Source: the human T2T-CHM13v2.0 reference genome, Homo sapiens
Strand: one strand, 5' to 3'
Assembly: GCF_009914755.1 (NCBI RefSeq)
Contig: NC_060925.1
Length of the DNA: 64,000 bases
Every line of letters starts with the position of its first letter. Positions within the stretch are counted from its first letter, which is position 1. The notes beneath the pieces were generated by a model, which was not told where the DNA came from, searched no databases, and worked only from the letters and a program-made list of their open reading frames with translations. Position numbers and translations under genes: made by a program. This document shows, one piece after another, positions 29,054 to 42,683 of this stretch.

Positions 29054-30039
29054 CCTGGGAGCCCAAGATAAACAATGGAAGCAGTCACCATAACCACCAA
29101 GACCTCTCCCTGTCTACCTCCTGCCCCCTGCAGAGGGAAGCAGATGTTCAGCAAAGTATCCATACTTCTGGGCTCTGAAACCATCCATTTCTGAAACTGA
29201 AATCCAACAACTGAGAAGTTGCTGACATGGCTGTTGAGTCCTGCCAAGTCCCCTGGGTTTGAGGGCATTTTGGTGTAAAAAATGTTGATAATCACTGTAA
29301 ATGGAGGAGTATGACTCTTAGCCCGGAAAATGAGGCTAGTACTTAAGTAGTTCTGGCAGCAGCATCGATATTGTGGTACTGGGAGGTACACGCTTTTTGC
29401 ATACAAAGTAAAAAATAAAAATAAACAGATTGTCTGGAACTCTTCCAACCACTGCCCCTCCTCTATCCCACTTTTGCCATCCCCCAGGGCTTGTAACCCA
29501 GTTCTCTCAGTCCCAAGTGTGGTTTTCCCTGTTAAATGCTTGCAGAAAGCAGGTGAAGTATGTGTTGCACGGGTAGATAATGATTGTATCTCCAGAGTAC
29601 TAGTGTATCAGGCAGTGATGTTACTGTGGTTCCCACAGGTCCAAAATGAGGTTCTTTCTGAGGCAAACAGCATGAGCAGTTTCATACAGAAGACGGATGT
29701 CCCAAAGAAAGCTAGACTTCCATAGAAAGGGAGATAAAGTGGAAGGTCTCTGTAAGCTCCTCATAGAAATTGAAGCGTGAGGAGAATTTAGAAGAATCAC
29801 AAGCATGGCAGGGTGTGCCAATTTTATTAATTAGTTGGTAGATAATTCTTTAGATGTTTAAAATGACATCTGAGAGATTTTCTCTAATGTCAACATATAT
29901 GAAGACTGAGTTGGTCTTAAAATGCCATTATATTAAAGCTACAAGGAATATTACTAAGTGGAATACATTTCTAATATTTAAATTTCATATGTTTTCATCG
30001 TTAAGTCTGTGGAAAAAGAAAATATTTCCATGTTGACAC

Positions 30040-30682
30040 CAGCATTTATTAAGCATTGTTACTGTTCTGCTCTCCATGCTGGGCTTTAAAACGTATTATT
30101 TTAATTACTCTTCACAAACTACTTGCAAAGTATTTTGCAGATAACAATTGACATTTGTTGAGCATCTGCTCTGCACCATTTTAGGTGGTTTATGTATATT
30201 ACTTAACTTAATCCTCCATAAACTTGATACCATTTTTTTCCATTTTATAGACAGCAATAGAAATTATAAGGAAATGGTGATTATTTAATATATCTAGCAT
30301 ATATTGAAAAATTATTCTGTAACAGGCACTGATCTAAATACTTTTCATATATTATACAACTCTATAAAACAAGTACTGTGGTTACACCCATTCACACACA
30401 AAGCAGTTGGCTAAGAGAGTTTAAGTAATTTACCTAAAGCTACACAGTTAATGTGTATCAAAACCCAATTAGTTAGATTTCAATGTCTACTAATTTTAAC
30501 CACTGCATATTTGCTCACAACTTAGTAAAGACAGAAAAGTTTAATAATGCTTCTAAGATCACACAGTTATAAAGAATAGACTTAATAAGACACTGAGTCC
30601 CAGGATTTTTTGTTTTGCTTTTTTTTTATTTTGTTTTTTACTTCAAAGTCTATGTCTTTTCCACTTCATCAACAGGTTGCCT
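30040..30682 (-). mobile_element. Cluster or nest of three or more MIR fragments
   Basis: Three MIR tail starts (~30042, ~30150, ~30295) with core segments resuming later. Confidence 0.55.
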
Positions 30683-31663
30683 TTCTAAGAAGTATTTCTT
30701 TGGCAATGAGATTCTACCATAAAGCCTACAATACAAACCCTTAATTATTAACACCCATTGAGTTCTCCTTATGTATATAACAAAAAACAGACTCGATGTG
30801 GACCAGAAGACTTTGGCTTTTAGGTACAGTGAAAAGTTGAAGATGGTGTTTCAAAGTTAAACAACAAAATTTGAAAGGCACTGTGAACAGTGAAAACGAA
30901 ATTAACTCTTTTGGCTTAAGTAAAAATATAGCTTGAAATATTTCCATTTTAAATCTAAATTTTACTGATAAGACATGAAAATAAAATCCTGTCTTCTCTA
31001 AGAAATACCATTTCCTAAGTCAGCTAAACAATTGAGTGTCCATCAAATTTGACCCATCCTGCAGTGAATTTTCAAGTAATTTATTCCAGGTATGTAAGCA
31101 TAAATTCATAAATGATAGCAAAACAAGCGGTATGTTCTTGCTCATTTAGTGTACTCATATTTATCAGTTTCTAGACCTGAAATAGATCTAGAAAAATACA
31201 TCCATTTGTATTTCTTTAAAGACATTCTTAAATGGAACTTTTAAACCTAAGTAGGCAACATACAACGTGGCTTACACGTTTTGTTTTGTAATGAATCCAT
31301 AAATCATCTTTCATTAGTGGAAGCTTATTCTGAAATTGTATTGATTATTTACATCTCTTAACATTCTGATGAATATGTGTTCAATGAATCGATGTCCTTT
31401 CAATCATTTCATGTTCTTATCTATGATTAGTTATAAAGAGTAATTTCATATTGAATACATAAGCCATGCTCCCACCCAGTCATGAAGTAGAATCAACACC
31501 ACACCTTCAAATGCTAAGTTAAGTTGATTTAAATGCATGCAGTCCTAATTCAATGTAGGCTACAGTTAAATGTGAAATATAATTTTATAGTTGTATGTTA
31601 TCAGAATGCTACCTTCCTGTCATGATATCTGTAATTTATATTGATATGATCTAGGAGAAAAAA

Positions 31664-31670
31664 TGTGTGT

Positions 31671-31702
<32 letters not shown>

Positions 31703-31716
31703 ATGAGAGAGAGAGA
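31664..31716. repeat. (TG)n(AG)n compound microsatellite
   Basis: Directly visible. Confidence 0.95.
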
Positions 31717-31724
31717 ATAAATCT

Positions 31725-32119
31725 CATAGGTAAGCAGTTCAAGTCTGGTGTATCGGCTCAACAATGTCTTGCTTCCTCTGTCTTTCTGTCCTGTCATATT
31801 CAGCGCATTGCTCAAGGTCCAAAGTGGTTGCCTGAACTCTAGTCATCATATTTCTATTTCAGGAAGCAGAAAGAAAGAAAGGAGAAAAAATATATATAAT
31901 GGCTGCTCCTTTTAAGGAGGCTTTCAAAGAGGCCCACACCACACTTTTACTTAGATTTTACTGAACAGAACTTTGTCACACTGTCACACCTAACTATAAG
32001 AGAAGCTGATAAATGTAGTCTCATAGATAGGTGTGTTAGCATTGCAAATAAAATTTAATTGATAAATTAATAAAATTACTAAAAGAAATATTAGGGAAGG
32101 CATATTGCAATCTGCCACA
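31725..32119 (-). mobile_element. MLT1J/K-like LTR
   Basis: cagaactttgtcaca..cacacctaact..gaagctgataaatgtagtc..tctgccaca. Confidence 0.6.
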
Positions 32120-32262
32120 GTACCCATTAAAGATGAACAAAACTATTTCTAACAGGATATTGGGAATGTATTTCAAATTTTAACATTAATTTTAGCTTCC
32201 AGTATTTTCAGTTTATTGCATTTCAGCACCAACTTACTAACCTCATGCTGTATGTCAGGCAC

Positions 32263-32530
32263 TATTATAATTATAAATTCTTTTGATGAGTTTATAAATT
32301 ATATAAAATATAATTTGTGTGTTATTTTATTATATTTATGATGTAAATTTATAATTATAAAATAAATTTCTATTTTAATATAAATATAAATTTATATTTA
32401 ATTTAACATTAAATAAATGTAGATTATAATTTATAAATTCCTTTGAGGAATTTATAGTTATTCATTTGAGGTTAATATTGAGGTTAATTCCTTTAAGGAA
32501 TTTATTATTTATTTGAGGGATTTTATAATA
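32263..32530. repeat. AT-rich low-complexity tract with reiterated palindromic units
   Basis: tataaattcct-ttg-aggaatttata (32432-32456) and related copies. Confidence 0.8.
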
Positions 32531-32650
32531 ATCAGGACGTTTTCCATTGACAGTGACAGAAATCCTATTCAAACTAATGTTTGATGTTTATGATAAATGT
32601 GCTTTAACTGACACAGAAATTGGTATCAGTTTCCCTTCTTTGCTTTAGGA

Positions 32651-32710
32651 ATAGATAGATGATAGATAGATGGATAGATAGATAGACAGATAATAGATAG
32701 ATGGATAGAT
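32651..32710. repeat. Imperfect (GATA)n tetranucleotide STR
   Basis: Directly visible. Confidence 0.9.
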
Positions 32711-32729
32711 TTTTTTAAAGTAGCATGAT

Positions 32730-32925
32730 CATCATGTAGGCATGATTCTAAGTGATTGGTATGTATTGACTCATTTAAATTTACAAAAACTCTATGAAAT
32801 AGGTACTACCGTTGTCATTTTAAAACTGAGGAAATAGGCACAGAGAGATTAGTCAATGATGAATTTGTAATCAAATTCAGATAGTCTGGCTCTAGAATTC
32901 ACCTTTATAACCATTATACTATTGT
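32730..32925 (-). mobile_element. MIR
   Basis: ctcatttaa..ctatgaaataggtact..tgaggaaataggcacagagag..agtctggctctagaa. Confidence 0.75.
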
Positions 32926-33159
32926 GCTTTTTGGAATGAATGCTTTCTAAGCAGCATATAACTCTGTAAAGTTATGAGTCTTTGATTTTTACATACATAA
33001 TAGCTATAAATATTAAAATAAAATTTAAACATTAATATTAAAGTCACTTTTATATTTACCTTTTACACATTTTTTATTTACTTGGTTCTTTTCAGTATTG
33101 TTATAAATGCTTACCTAATTTTAAATTCTACTTATTCTGATTAATAATAATTATCATTG

Positions 33160-33500
33160 TCTTTTTGATGTTCACATTGACCATTGGAAGCCCCCGACAC
33201 TGACTCCTTTATATTTTTAACATGGCCTCTGATGTCATGGGATACATACTTGCTTTTTGACAACAAGAGGACATTCCAAACCCATCCTGAGTTTTCCAAC
33301 CACAAGTATCTAGGAAATCCTATTTCATTTTGGTGTTGAAATAGTATAAGACATAAAAATACAGGTATTATGAGTACTTATGAGAGTTGGTGATAGGAAA
33401 AAGCATGGCTGCTGCTATTGGGACATTTTTAGTAGTGATGGAGTGGTAAAATACATCCTTTTTAAAGACATTAGCTCATACAAATTTTCCAATTGAATTG
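33160..33500 (-). mobile_element. L1MC-like 3' UTR fragment
   Basis: ggaagcccc..gactcct..cttgctttttgacaacaaga..cccatcctg. Confidence 0.45.
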
Positions 33501-33589
33501 GCTGTATTTTTGTACTCTACTGTTCTTATAGTATGAGATTTCATCAAGTCTAAAGACCTTCTATCATAACGGCAATAGGGAGAGAAATT

Positions 33590-34350
33590 CAAATATAAAA
33601 TAAAACACCAACAAAATAGCATTGACACCCTGTCATATCCCTAAAGATTAAAAAAACAAAGCAAAACAAACAAACAAAAAAGATTGACAATGCACTATAT
33701 GAGTAAGGATGAAAGGAAACAGTCAGTCACAAATGTTACTAGTCTAAATTAGTATAACACCTGGAAAAGGCAGTTGCCAATCTCTAATAAAAGCCTAAAA
33801 TCATACACATCCTTTGAGCCAGCAATTTCACATCTAGGAATTTATTCTACAGATATTGTCATATACATGCAAATGATTTATGTACACAGTTATTCATGCC
33901 AGTGTTGTTTGTAAAAGCAAAAAATGTGGAATCAATCTAAATGGAGAAGTAAATTATAGTATATTAACACAATGGGATACTACTCAGATATTAAAATAAA
34001 TAATGACAAAAGTTCTTATGCAATAACATAGAATAATATTCATGATATATTGTCAAGTGAAAACAGCAAGTGCTATAGGGCATATTAAATGAATCATTTG
34101 TACTTTAAAAAAACACTTTAAGGCATATATATCTATGTCCTGTATGTGTGAAGTACCCATGTACCTATATGTGTGTATATATATAACATATACTTGCATA
34201 TAAATGAAGCATTTGTAAAAGGATAAATAAAACACTGGTATTAGCGGTTACCTTCAGAGTAGGAGTTGGGAGAGCTGACTCTACATCTGTCCTTTTTTGT
34301 TCCATTTGAACACATTAACTATTCTGTGACTCCTCCAAATTAATTAAATA
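33590..34350 (+). mobile_element. L1ME-like ORF2 end and 3' UTR
   Basis: cctttgagccagcaatttcacatctaggaatttattctacaga..ttgtttgtaaaagcaaaaaa. Confidence 0.75.
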
Positions 34351-35182
34351 CAAATAAAGTGGAAAGGATATATTGCATTCCATTTACTACACAAAATGTA
34401 ACCTTTAGAAAGTTCATACTATTGAACTTTCAGTTCATGGGATTAAGAATTTCATAAAACAGATCAAAATGAAGATAAATCAACAGACTGAAATAAAAAG
34501 GAAGCTGGCTGAAATACAGGCAGGATTATTTTTTTAAGGATTGCAAGAAATTAGGAAATACACATTTTAAAACTACAATTACAATCATAAAATTAAAATT
34601 AAAAGTAGATTCAATAAAAAGCACAGCTGAAGACAAAGCAGAAAACCAAACCAGTAATGTAAAAGACAAACTGGGGAAGTGTTAAATGCACAGGAAAAGG
34701 ACAGATTGATGAAAAAGAGGAACAGTGATCTGATATATGGTGCATGGTATTACCTAGGAAGAAACAAACAACGGAATTGGAATCAATTGTTATGACACCA
34801 TAAGAGAAAATTTTTTCAAGTTGACAAATGATCCAGGTCTGTGATGTAAAGGTCCTAAAATGAATGAAGAGATATATATTCTTGGTCATCTCTTTGTACA
34901 ACTTAAAATAGTCTGGCCCCAGGCTTCTCCTCCAAATTACTGTACAACAAAGATAATAAAACAAATGAGCAAATTTGGAGTGGGTAATAACTTTTATTGC
35001 CAAGAAATTTGTCACTCAACCATACAAGCATGAGTTCAAAACTCTGATATTTAAAAACTAATGGTTTTTAAAAGTTAATAAAAGTAGCAGCAAATCAACA
35101 AAAACAACAGGAAAGAAAAACAAAATATTCAAGTAAATGAGAAATGTGCAGAATTTCAATAAAAAAAAAATCTTAATCCAAA

Positions 35183-35397
35183 CTGGCCAATATAGAGAGA
35201 CCATATCTCTACATTAAATTTAAAAATTAGCCAGGCCTGGCAGCACATACCTGTGGTCCCAGCTACTTGGGAGGCTGGAGTGGGTGGATTGTTTGAACTC
35301 AGGAGGTCAAAGCTGTAGTGAGCTGTGATTGTGCCACTGCACTCCAGCCTGGACGACAGAGAGAGACCTTGCTGCAGGAAAAAAAAAAAAAAAAAAA
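35183..35397 (+). mobile_element. 5'-truncated AluJ
   Basis: End of left arm, right arm with J-type ggaggtcaaagctgtagtgagctgtgatt, and poly-A. Confidence 0.85.
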
Positions 35398-36281
35398 GTC
35401 TAAGATTTTATATCCCAAGTTTTCACTGCTAACAACAAATAAGCAGTCACAAAACATTGATCAAATGGAAAAAATCTAAATTAACCAATACATTTAATGA
35501 GCCCCCAAATAAAATTTTCATGGCACTTTCTGAACTTTGTGAAGCTGAAGGTTATCCAGAAGAATAAACATGGATGAAGAACCAGAAGGGAAAAAAGACA
35601 ATGAGTACCCTATCCTTGTCAGATATAAAAAAGTTAGAATATTTGAAATAGTATAAAATGACATCAGGATAGGCTGACTAATAAAACAGAATAAAAGTAC
35701 AAGAATAGACCCAAGCACAGATGAGAATTTATTATAACATAAAGGTAACATTTCAAATCAGTGTGCAAATGATTGATTACTTAATAAGTAGAATAATTTC
35801 CTAAATATTTAGAAACTTAAATTCTTTTAAGTTTTCCATGCATTAAAGACTTAGGGGTAGGAAATACATTTTTAAAAGTTCTAGAAGGGATATACCAGTG
35901 AATATATCTTACTAAGATGGACATGACATTTCTCAGTACAAAGAAAAATATCGACTAATTTGATTTCTGTAAAGCTACATCTTGCAAAAATTGCCATAAA
36001 GCTAAATGATGAACAACAAACTAAAGGAAATATTTCAGATATGGGTGAACTACATGCCACTGTTATCCTTATATATAAGAAACTATTATAAAACTAATAA
36101 GAAAAAAATGAAAATATGGCAAGAACATGAATCAACAGGCACATGAAAAAAGAAGTGTGTATGCTAATACAACAAAAAGATGTTCCATGTAACTTGTATT
36201 TAACAAATGAGTTATTAAATAAGACTTTTTAGTCCTCATTAAGTGAACAGTTCAGTTTATAAAACGATGTACAAACTAATC

Positions 36282-36319
36282 GTGTGTGTGTGTATGTGTG
36301 TGTGTGACAGAGAGAGAGA
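36282..36319. repeat. (TG)n(AG)n microsatellite
   Basis: Directly visible. Confidence 0.85.
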
Positions 36320-37081
36320 ATATATACCAAATGTAGTCTGAGTCACTACTGAGGTAATTATTCTGATTTATACTGTTCTATATTTATTCATTATTTATAA
36401 TAAACATGTATTAATTTTAAAATCATAATATAGCACATAAATATTTCCGAAGAAAATGTACTGGACATAGATATTTTTCAACTTTAAAAAATACTATTTT
36501 CATGCTCCATAGCACGTTACAAAACAGAAAAAGAGAGAAATTTTAGAATGCATTTTACCAACAGAACACAATCTCAACCTCCCGCAAATGATATAAAGAA
36601 AACAGAGGTACATAAAAGAATATGGGAATAATTAGAAAGACATATCACATAGGTGGGTAGAAGAATGAATATTATAACAATGTCAATTCTTTCAAAAATA
36701 ATTTGTAGACCTAATGTAGTCTAATCAAAATCTCAATGAATTATTTGCAGTGTAAGATGAAAGGAGTTTAAATGTCCCTGGAAGAAGAATCAAACCATAG
36801 AAGCAAAAATGAAGAGGGCAGGAAAAGAAAAGTGCTGACGGTGGATTAATTGATCAGACAATTAAAACGTTATAATGCCTTGAGAACTGAAACAGTGAAG
36901 AATTGGTATAAAAATATATCAATGCACCATTTAAACAGAATAGAAAGTTCTAATACAGATCATAATATGTGTTAGATTTTAATATATAAGAAGAGAAAAA
37001 TATTTAACAAACGAAGTTGTAAAAATTAGTTAACTTTTCTGATAAAACAAAATAAAATCCTAAGTTTACACCAAAAAGGAG

Positions 37082-37354
37082 GTGTTCCTTTTTTACTCTC
37101 TTCTCCTTTCTGCTAACTGAAATGTAAGCTTGATGGCTACAGCTTAGGCAGCCATCTTAAATCATGAAGTAAAAGTCTATTTCAAGGATGGGGAAATAAC
37201 AAACTTGAAGTCTTTGTCCTTGATAGCAGCTGCCAAACGACTCCTAGTCCGCTTACCAACAGACTTAATTTATGTGAGAGTGACATTAACATTTGTATGC
37301 CACTGTTATTCAGCTTTTCAACAACTCACAGCTAAATTTAATTCTAATTGATAC
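37082..37354 (+). mobile_element. MLT1J/K-like LTR 3' half
   Basis: gcagccatctt..atgtgagag..gccactgttatt..ctaattgataca. Confidence 0.6.
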
Positions 37355-37692
37355 ACCTGGGTCAGAACAGTTGAAACCAATAGTACAAACATGGTTGCTA
37401 AGACTGGCCCTTCTGCAGGACTGATGGTTAGGGATAAGCAGCAAAGAAGGGGTTTTGAATTATTCAATCACTTCTAAAGATCGACAATATAACATGATGT
37501 ATTATGAAAAGGTTTCTGATCAAGTATCAATTAGGTTATTATCTAGGATTTAGTATGTGTCAAAATAGATTCAGGGCAATATTTAGAAACTACTCTGATT
37601 GTTGCTCCCCATGTTCTTATTCCGGGTTTATCGTATATATGCCTTGTCATAGCCAATGAAACCAGAGTTGGCTAGCTTTTACTACTATTGAA

Positions 37693-38525
37693 ATTCATTT
37701 ATCAAAAGTGTACTTCGTCACTACCATGTACTAAGCACCATTCTAGCGATGCAGCAGTAACTGCCAAAAAAAAAAAAAGAAAAAACACGCTGCCCTCATG
37801 ATCTTGTATTACAGTGAAGGGAGGCAGAAAACACCCAATCAAATAGCTAAAATATATAGTATGTAAGAAGTTGATTAAATGCAAAGAGAAAAATAATAAA
37901 GAATGGAAGGAGGATAGGGAGTGTCAGAGGGTAGCAATTTTAGATGGAGCTTGTAGAGAGAGCATTTGTAGGAAGGAGATGAAGTAGCAAGCCATCTGAT
38001 ATTTGTATTAAAACACTTTAGGCAGAGAGAAGGGCAAGTGCTTGGGGTGTGCAATGCCTGGCAAATTTGAAGAATAGTAATGTGGGCAGTGTGGCTGGAA
38101 CAGAGTGAACAAAAGGGAGACTCATAGGGGATGGGATAAGAAAGGTAGAGGGGAACCAGCTTGTGTTGAGCTTTGGAATCTCTAGCTTTTACTCTGAGTG
38201 AGATGAAAAGCCATTAACAAGTTTTGAGCAAAGGAGTGACTTGATCTGATTTAATTTTAAACTAATCCTTCTGGATGCTGTACTGTAAATAGACTAGGCA
38301 TACATACAGAGACTGATTCATTCAGGAGAGATGATGGTGGCTTTGACCAGTGTGGCAACATTGGGGATGCTGAAGAGGAGTCTGGATACCTTTTGGAGAT
38401 AGTGATGACAGGTTTGCTCTAAGGAATTGGATGTGATGTATGAGAAAAAGAGAGAAAGAATGGCTTCAAGGGTTTTGGCCTGGGTAACTGTTAAAAAGGT
38501 GATGTCATTTACTCAGATGGCAATT
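37693..38525 (-). mobile_element. L2a 3' region
   Basis: ctgccctcatg..gtggctggaacagagtga..ttttgagcaaaggagtgac..gatggtggcttt..ttttggcctgggtaactg. Confidence 0.85.
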
Positions 38526-38569
38526 ACTATACTAGAAAAGTCTGGACCTCTCTGTTGATACTCTAATTC

Positions 38570-39196
38570 TCTCTGAGGTTGACTGCTTAGGACACCTGCA
38601 CTTCACCCCATACTTTAAAGGGCCTGGACTTGGCCCTCCAAAGACCATTTCTTTCTTCACAGGGTGAGGCTTCCATGGAACCAAGAAGATGTGTCACTCA
38701 GCCTCCACTTCTAGATAATGTTCCAGGTGGGACCCTGGAAATCCCTGTCAAATTCTCTAAACCCACTTCCAGGATCTATGTAAGTGCCTATCAATCCAAG
38801 TGCAGGCCAGACCATCAATATATGTACCCCCAGCCCAAATGCATAGTAGGGGATAGCTGAATGTGAGATAGTAGGGGTTATGGATGAAATTCAGGATGAG
38901 GTGCTCACACACATCTGTGCTAGACCTTTTGTCAAGTGAGACAGAGCCAGGGGTAAGAAGAAAAAGGGGGCAAGCTATGGGTGAGGTCCTAACCTTCACT
39001 TTGCCACATTTTGGCATGGAACTCTGGGATGCTTGAAAATTCTAAATTCAATTCCAACTTGAAAGTTTATTATAAAGTATATTTATCAAGCTAGGAATAT
39101 AGTACATATTTTATTCAACAGGTTGAGAGCCTGACATAAATATTTAGGTGTGTGGTATGTGGGCTCTAGGCCCTGAAAATTATAGGTCTTGACCTG
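38570..39196 (+). mobile_element. MER115-like hAT-Tip100 element
   Basis: gaaaattctaaattc..aagtatatttatcaag..catattttattcaacag..tggtatgtgggc end region. Confidence 0.55.
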
Positions 39197-39379
39197 CATT
39201 GTAAACATATTGCCATTGATATCAGGCACATATTTACTTTTCTAGATGGGACCCTGAGAAGTAGAGACTGGCCTATTACTGAACATATTATCATAACATT
39301 CTTCTGTGGTAACAGACATGGATTTATTTTTTCAGATGGGGCCCTAAAAGGAGTCCCCTCTTTACGCGCTCTCACAGTT

Positions 39380-39575
39380 CTTAGCTCAGTATTGAGCACC
39401 TGTGCAAGTGTTGGAAAACTACTGATCCTTTCTATTCTTAATTTTCATACCTTCAAAATGGTGCTAACAACTTAAAGATTCTTGTGAGAATAAATAAATA
39501 ACATATAAAGTAAATAAGCAAAATGCTAAGCATGCTGCCTCACACATAAAAAACACCCACATGATTGTTGTTCTT
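39380..39575 (+). mobile_element. MIR
   Basis: aaaatgg..ttgtgagaataaataaataacatataaag. Confidence 0.5.
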
Positions 39576-40281
39576 TTCTCAGTAAACATTATCTTACATT
39601 TTATGCATTCTTAAATTTTAGAAAAACATAAATAACTACAGAAGCAATGAAACAATTTATGTAAGTGTTTTTCTAATGCCCACTGAATTCTCCCTCACAT
39701 CAAAACCTGGGAGAACATTTGCATGCAGATAAGTAATTCTTGTGTTCTGTTTTAGAAACTAGTACCATGTTTGCTTCTTGAGTTAAATACAGAATTCCCA
39801 TTAGTGTTGATGGTAATTAGCCCTGCAGAACAAAGAATGATGAATGGATCCCCTGCTGAGGAATTACTGTAATGACTTTGAACTTTAAGAAATAAACTCA
39901 AGAAAGCTACACATGAAGATAACCTCAGGGCCTGCACTCCTGCTGCCATCCTAACTACTATTTTCAGTGGGTAGTCATAAACAAGTCACTTCTCAGCCAT
40001 ATTGTTCTTTATGATCAAATATATGAATAGAATATTCTAGAGGATGTGCCTTAAATTAAGAACATTTGACAGTCCTTAGTGGTACAGACTCCCTGTTTAC
40101 TGTAAAATGCCCCAGCTATCAACTCAAAGGCCAATCTATATTATAGTAAAGTTGCAGTAGTAGGAATAGTAGTTGTAATTGTAATAGCAGCACCCACCTT
40201 GATTGCTTTCATTTCTGATCACCCACCTAAACTGAAGGTTCAACTCTATCCAGCATTTTTAATATGTTCTTGTTACGTTCC

Positions 40282-40734
40282 TGTATTAGTCAGTTCTCAC
40301 ACTGCCATAAAGAAATACCTGAGACTGGGTAATTTATAAAGAAAAGAGTTTTAATTGGCTCACAGTTCTGCAGACTACATAGGAAGCATGATGCTGGCAT
40401 CTGTCTGGCTTCTGGGGAGGCCTCAGAAAACTTGCAATCATGGCAATGGCAAAGGCAAAGGGAGAGCTTTAACTCATGGCAGAAGGCCAAGCCAGAGCAG
40501 GCATCTTCACAGGGCCAGAGTGGGAGGAAGATAGAGAGTAGGAGAGGTGTCATACACTTTTTAAACAACCAGATTCACGACAACTCATTCGCTCTACAGT
40601 ACCAAGCGGGGGATGGTGCTAAACCATTCATGAGAACTTTTTCCCTATGACCCAGTCACCTCCCAGGCCCTCCAACATTGGGGATTACAATGTGACATGA
40701 GATTTGGGCAGGGACACAGATCCAAACCCTATCA
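40282..40734 (-). mobile_element. MSTA/MSTA1 solo LTR
   Basis: tgtattagtc...ctatca; perfect TSD gttcc (40277-40281, 40735-40739). Confidence 0.92.
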
Positions 40735-40886
40735 GTTCCTACTGTGTTTTTCTTATTCACCATAAAACTTTATATCTTCTCTACTCTTTATAGCCTTCGT
40801 TGAGCCATACTGGGAAACAGACCATACAATCAGGGAAACAAATTCTCATTATATTAAGTTAAATTATACCAAATAAATGTTTGTGC

Positions 40887-41470
40887 TAAAATTAAGAATA
40901 AAACTGTCATATGATCGAGCAATTCCACTTCTGGATATATACCCAAAAGAATTGAGAGCAGGGATTTAGAGAGATTCTTTGTATACCCATGTTCATAGTG
41001 GAGTGATTAGCTATAGTCAAAAGCTAGAAGCAACCCATGTATTCATGAAAAATTGATTGAATAAACAAAATGTGGTACATACATGCAATGGAGTATCATT
41101 CAGTGTTTAAAAAGGAGAAAATTCTGGTACATACTGCAAAATGGATGAACGATGAAGACATTATGCCAAATGAAATAAGCCAGTCACAAAAAGGCATATA
41201 CTATATGATTCCACTTATATGAGTTATCTAAAGTAATTAGATTCATAGAAACAGAAAGAAGACTGGTGGTTACCATGGGCTGGGGGGAGGAGGAAAAGGG
41301 GAGTTGTCATTTAGTGGGATACAGTTTCAGATCTGCAAAATTAAAAAGTTCTGGAGATCTGTTTCCTAACAATGTGAATACAATTAACACTACTATGCAC
41401 TTAAAAATGGTGAAGATTATAAAATTTCTATAGTGTGTTTTTAACCACAGTAAAACAAAAATAAAAAACA
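40887..41470 (+). mobile_element. L1MB (about L1MB2/3) 3' end
   Basis: gcaattccacttctggatatatacccaaaagaattga..gaaataagccagtcacaaaa..aaaagttctggagat; A tail. Confidence 0.85.
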
Positions 41471-42059
41471 GAAAACTTTTTGTTTTGAGTTATAGTTTTT
41501 CAACAAATATGCTTACGTGCTTACCACATACCATATCCCATGCAGGCTTAATATTTTGCTAATGATGACATTAGGGAGCTGAGAGTGTAGCAATATAATA
41601 AAAGTTTGAAAATAGAGATGATTGAATAAAACTTTGCAATATAATTCTGTGCGTTTATCCTCTTAAATAATTATGTGTATAAAGGAATGCTCTCTATTGC
41701 TGGGGAAATCTTGTGTTGATTTATTTCCCTTTCCTTTACACCACCCTTACGTTAAACACATTTCTTTACTCTACTAGGCCAAAGCATCTACAAGAAGCAT
41801 GCACTATAGCAAGATGAATTGTAAATGGCCTGACAGGCATTACTCAGCCTGAGATCACCAGTTTGGTGTTTATCTATGTACAAGAGCCAAAGTATTCCTA
41901 AAAAACTGCTTTAACTGCAAATTTCTGAGTAGCAAAGCTATTTTCTCACTTACATTAAAAAATTAGAGAATTGTTTTCATGGAAAATATTTTGATCCAAA
42001 GACAAAAGTAGTGTTCTAATTACACCTACACAGGCAGTTTTTCTTCATTTTAAAAATTC

Positions 42060-42460
42060 TTTTTAAATAATTTCACCTTTTAGTTTATACTCAGGGGATA
42101 CATGTGCAGGTTTGTTACATGGGTATATTGCTTAATGCTGAGGTTTGGAGTGTGACTGAACCTGTCACCCAGGAATTGAGCATCATATTCAACAGTTACT
42201 TTTTCAATCTTTAGCCCTTCCACTCTCACCCCTTTATTAGTTCCAGTGTTTATTGTTGCCATCTTTATGTCCATAAATACCCAATAGTTAGCTGCCACTT
42301 ATAAGTGAGAATATGCAGCATTTGGTTTTCTGTTCCTGCACTGATTCACTTAGGATAATGGCCTCTAGCTGCATCCACGTTGCTGCAAAGGACGTAATTT
42401 CATTCTTTTTTATGGCTGCAGAGTATTCCATAGTATATGTGTACCACATTTCTTTATTCC
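42060..42460 (-). mobile_element. L1PA15/16-like 3' end
   Basis: tacatgtgcaggtttgttacatgggtatattg..gctgaggtttgg; ORF remnant MWYTYTMEYSAAIKKNEI. Confidence 0.85.
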
Positions 42461-42683
42461 CTCTCTTAAAGACTTCCTGAAATAATATATTATGAAAACA
42501 ATTATTATAGATGATCACTTATTAAGAGTGATGCCCTTAAAACTGACCAATAAGATCTTTCAGTAAATATCTATTATTTCATACCAGCCAACTTTTAGGC
42601 ACTGCCCTAGAATCATAAATCATTGTTAAATAAATATACTCATGCTGCTACTCCCCCTGAAGTCCCTACATAGACTTTTCCAT

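Larger units (their letters stand above)
34420..37075 (+). mobile_element. Highly decayed L1M ORF1/ORF2 fragments
   Basis: A-rich L1-like segments (gaagaatgaatattataacaatgtcaattct, gaatagacccaag). Confidence 0.5.

Noticed and set aside
29193-29202. ISRE-like GAAACTGAAA
   Set aside because: A single short motif in AT-rich DNA; the same 10-mer also occurs inside MST-int near 63638
28987-29448. Longest ORF in the track (153 aa, - strand)
   Set aside because: Non-ATG start, C-terminus runs into a MIR, no recognisable domain; consistent with a chance ORF
40435-40495. Internal duplication catggca..aaggc in the MST LTR
   Set aside because: As I recall, this is a feature of the MSTA1 consensus rather than a locus-specific event
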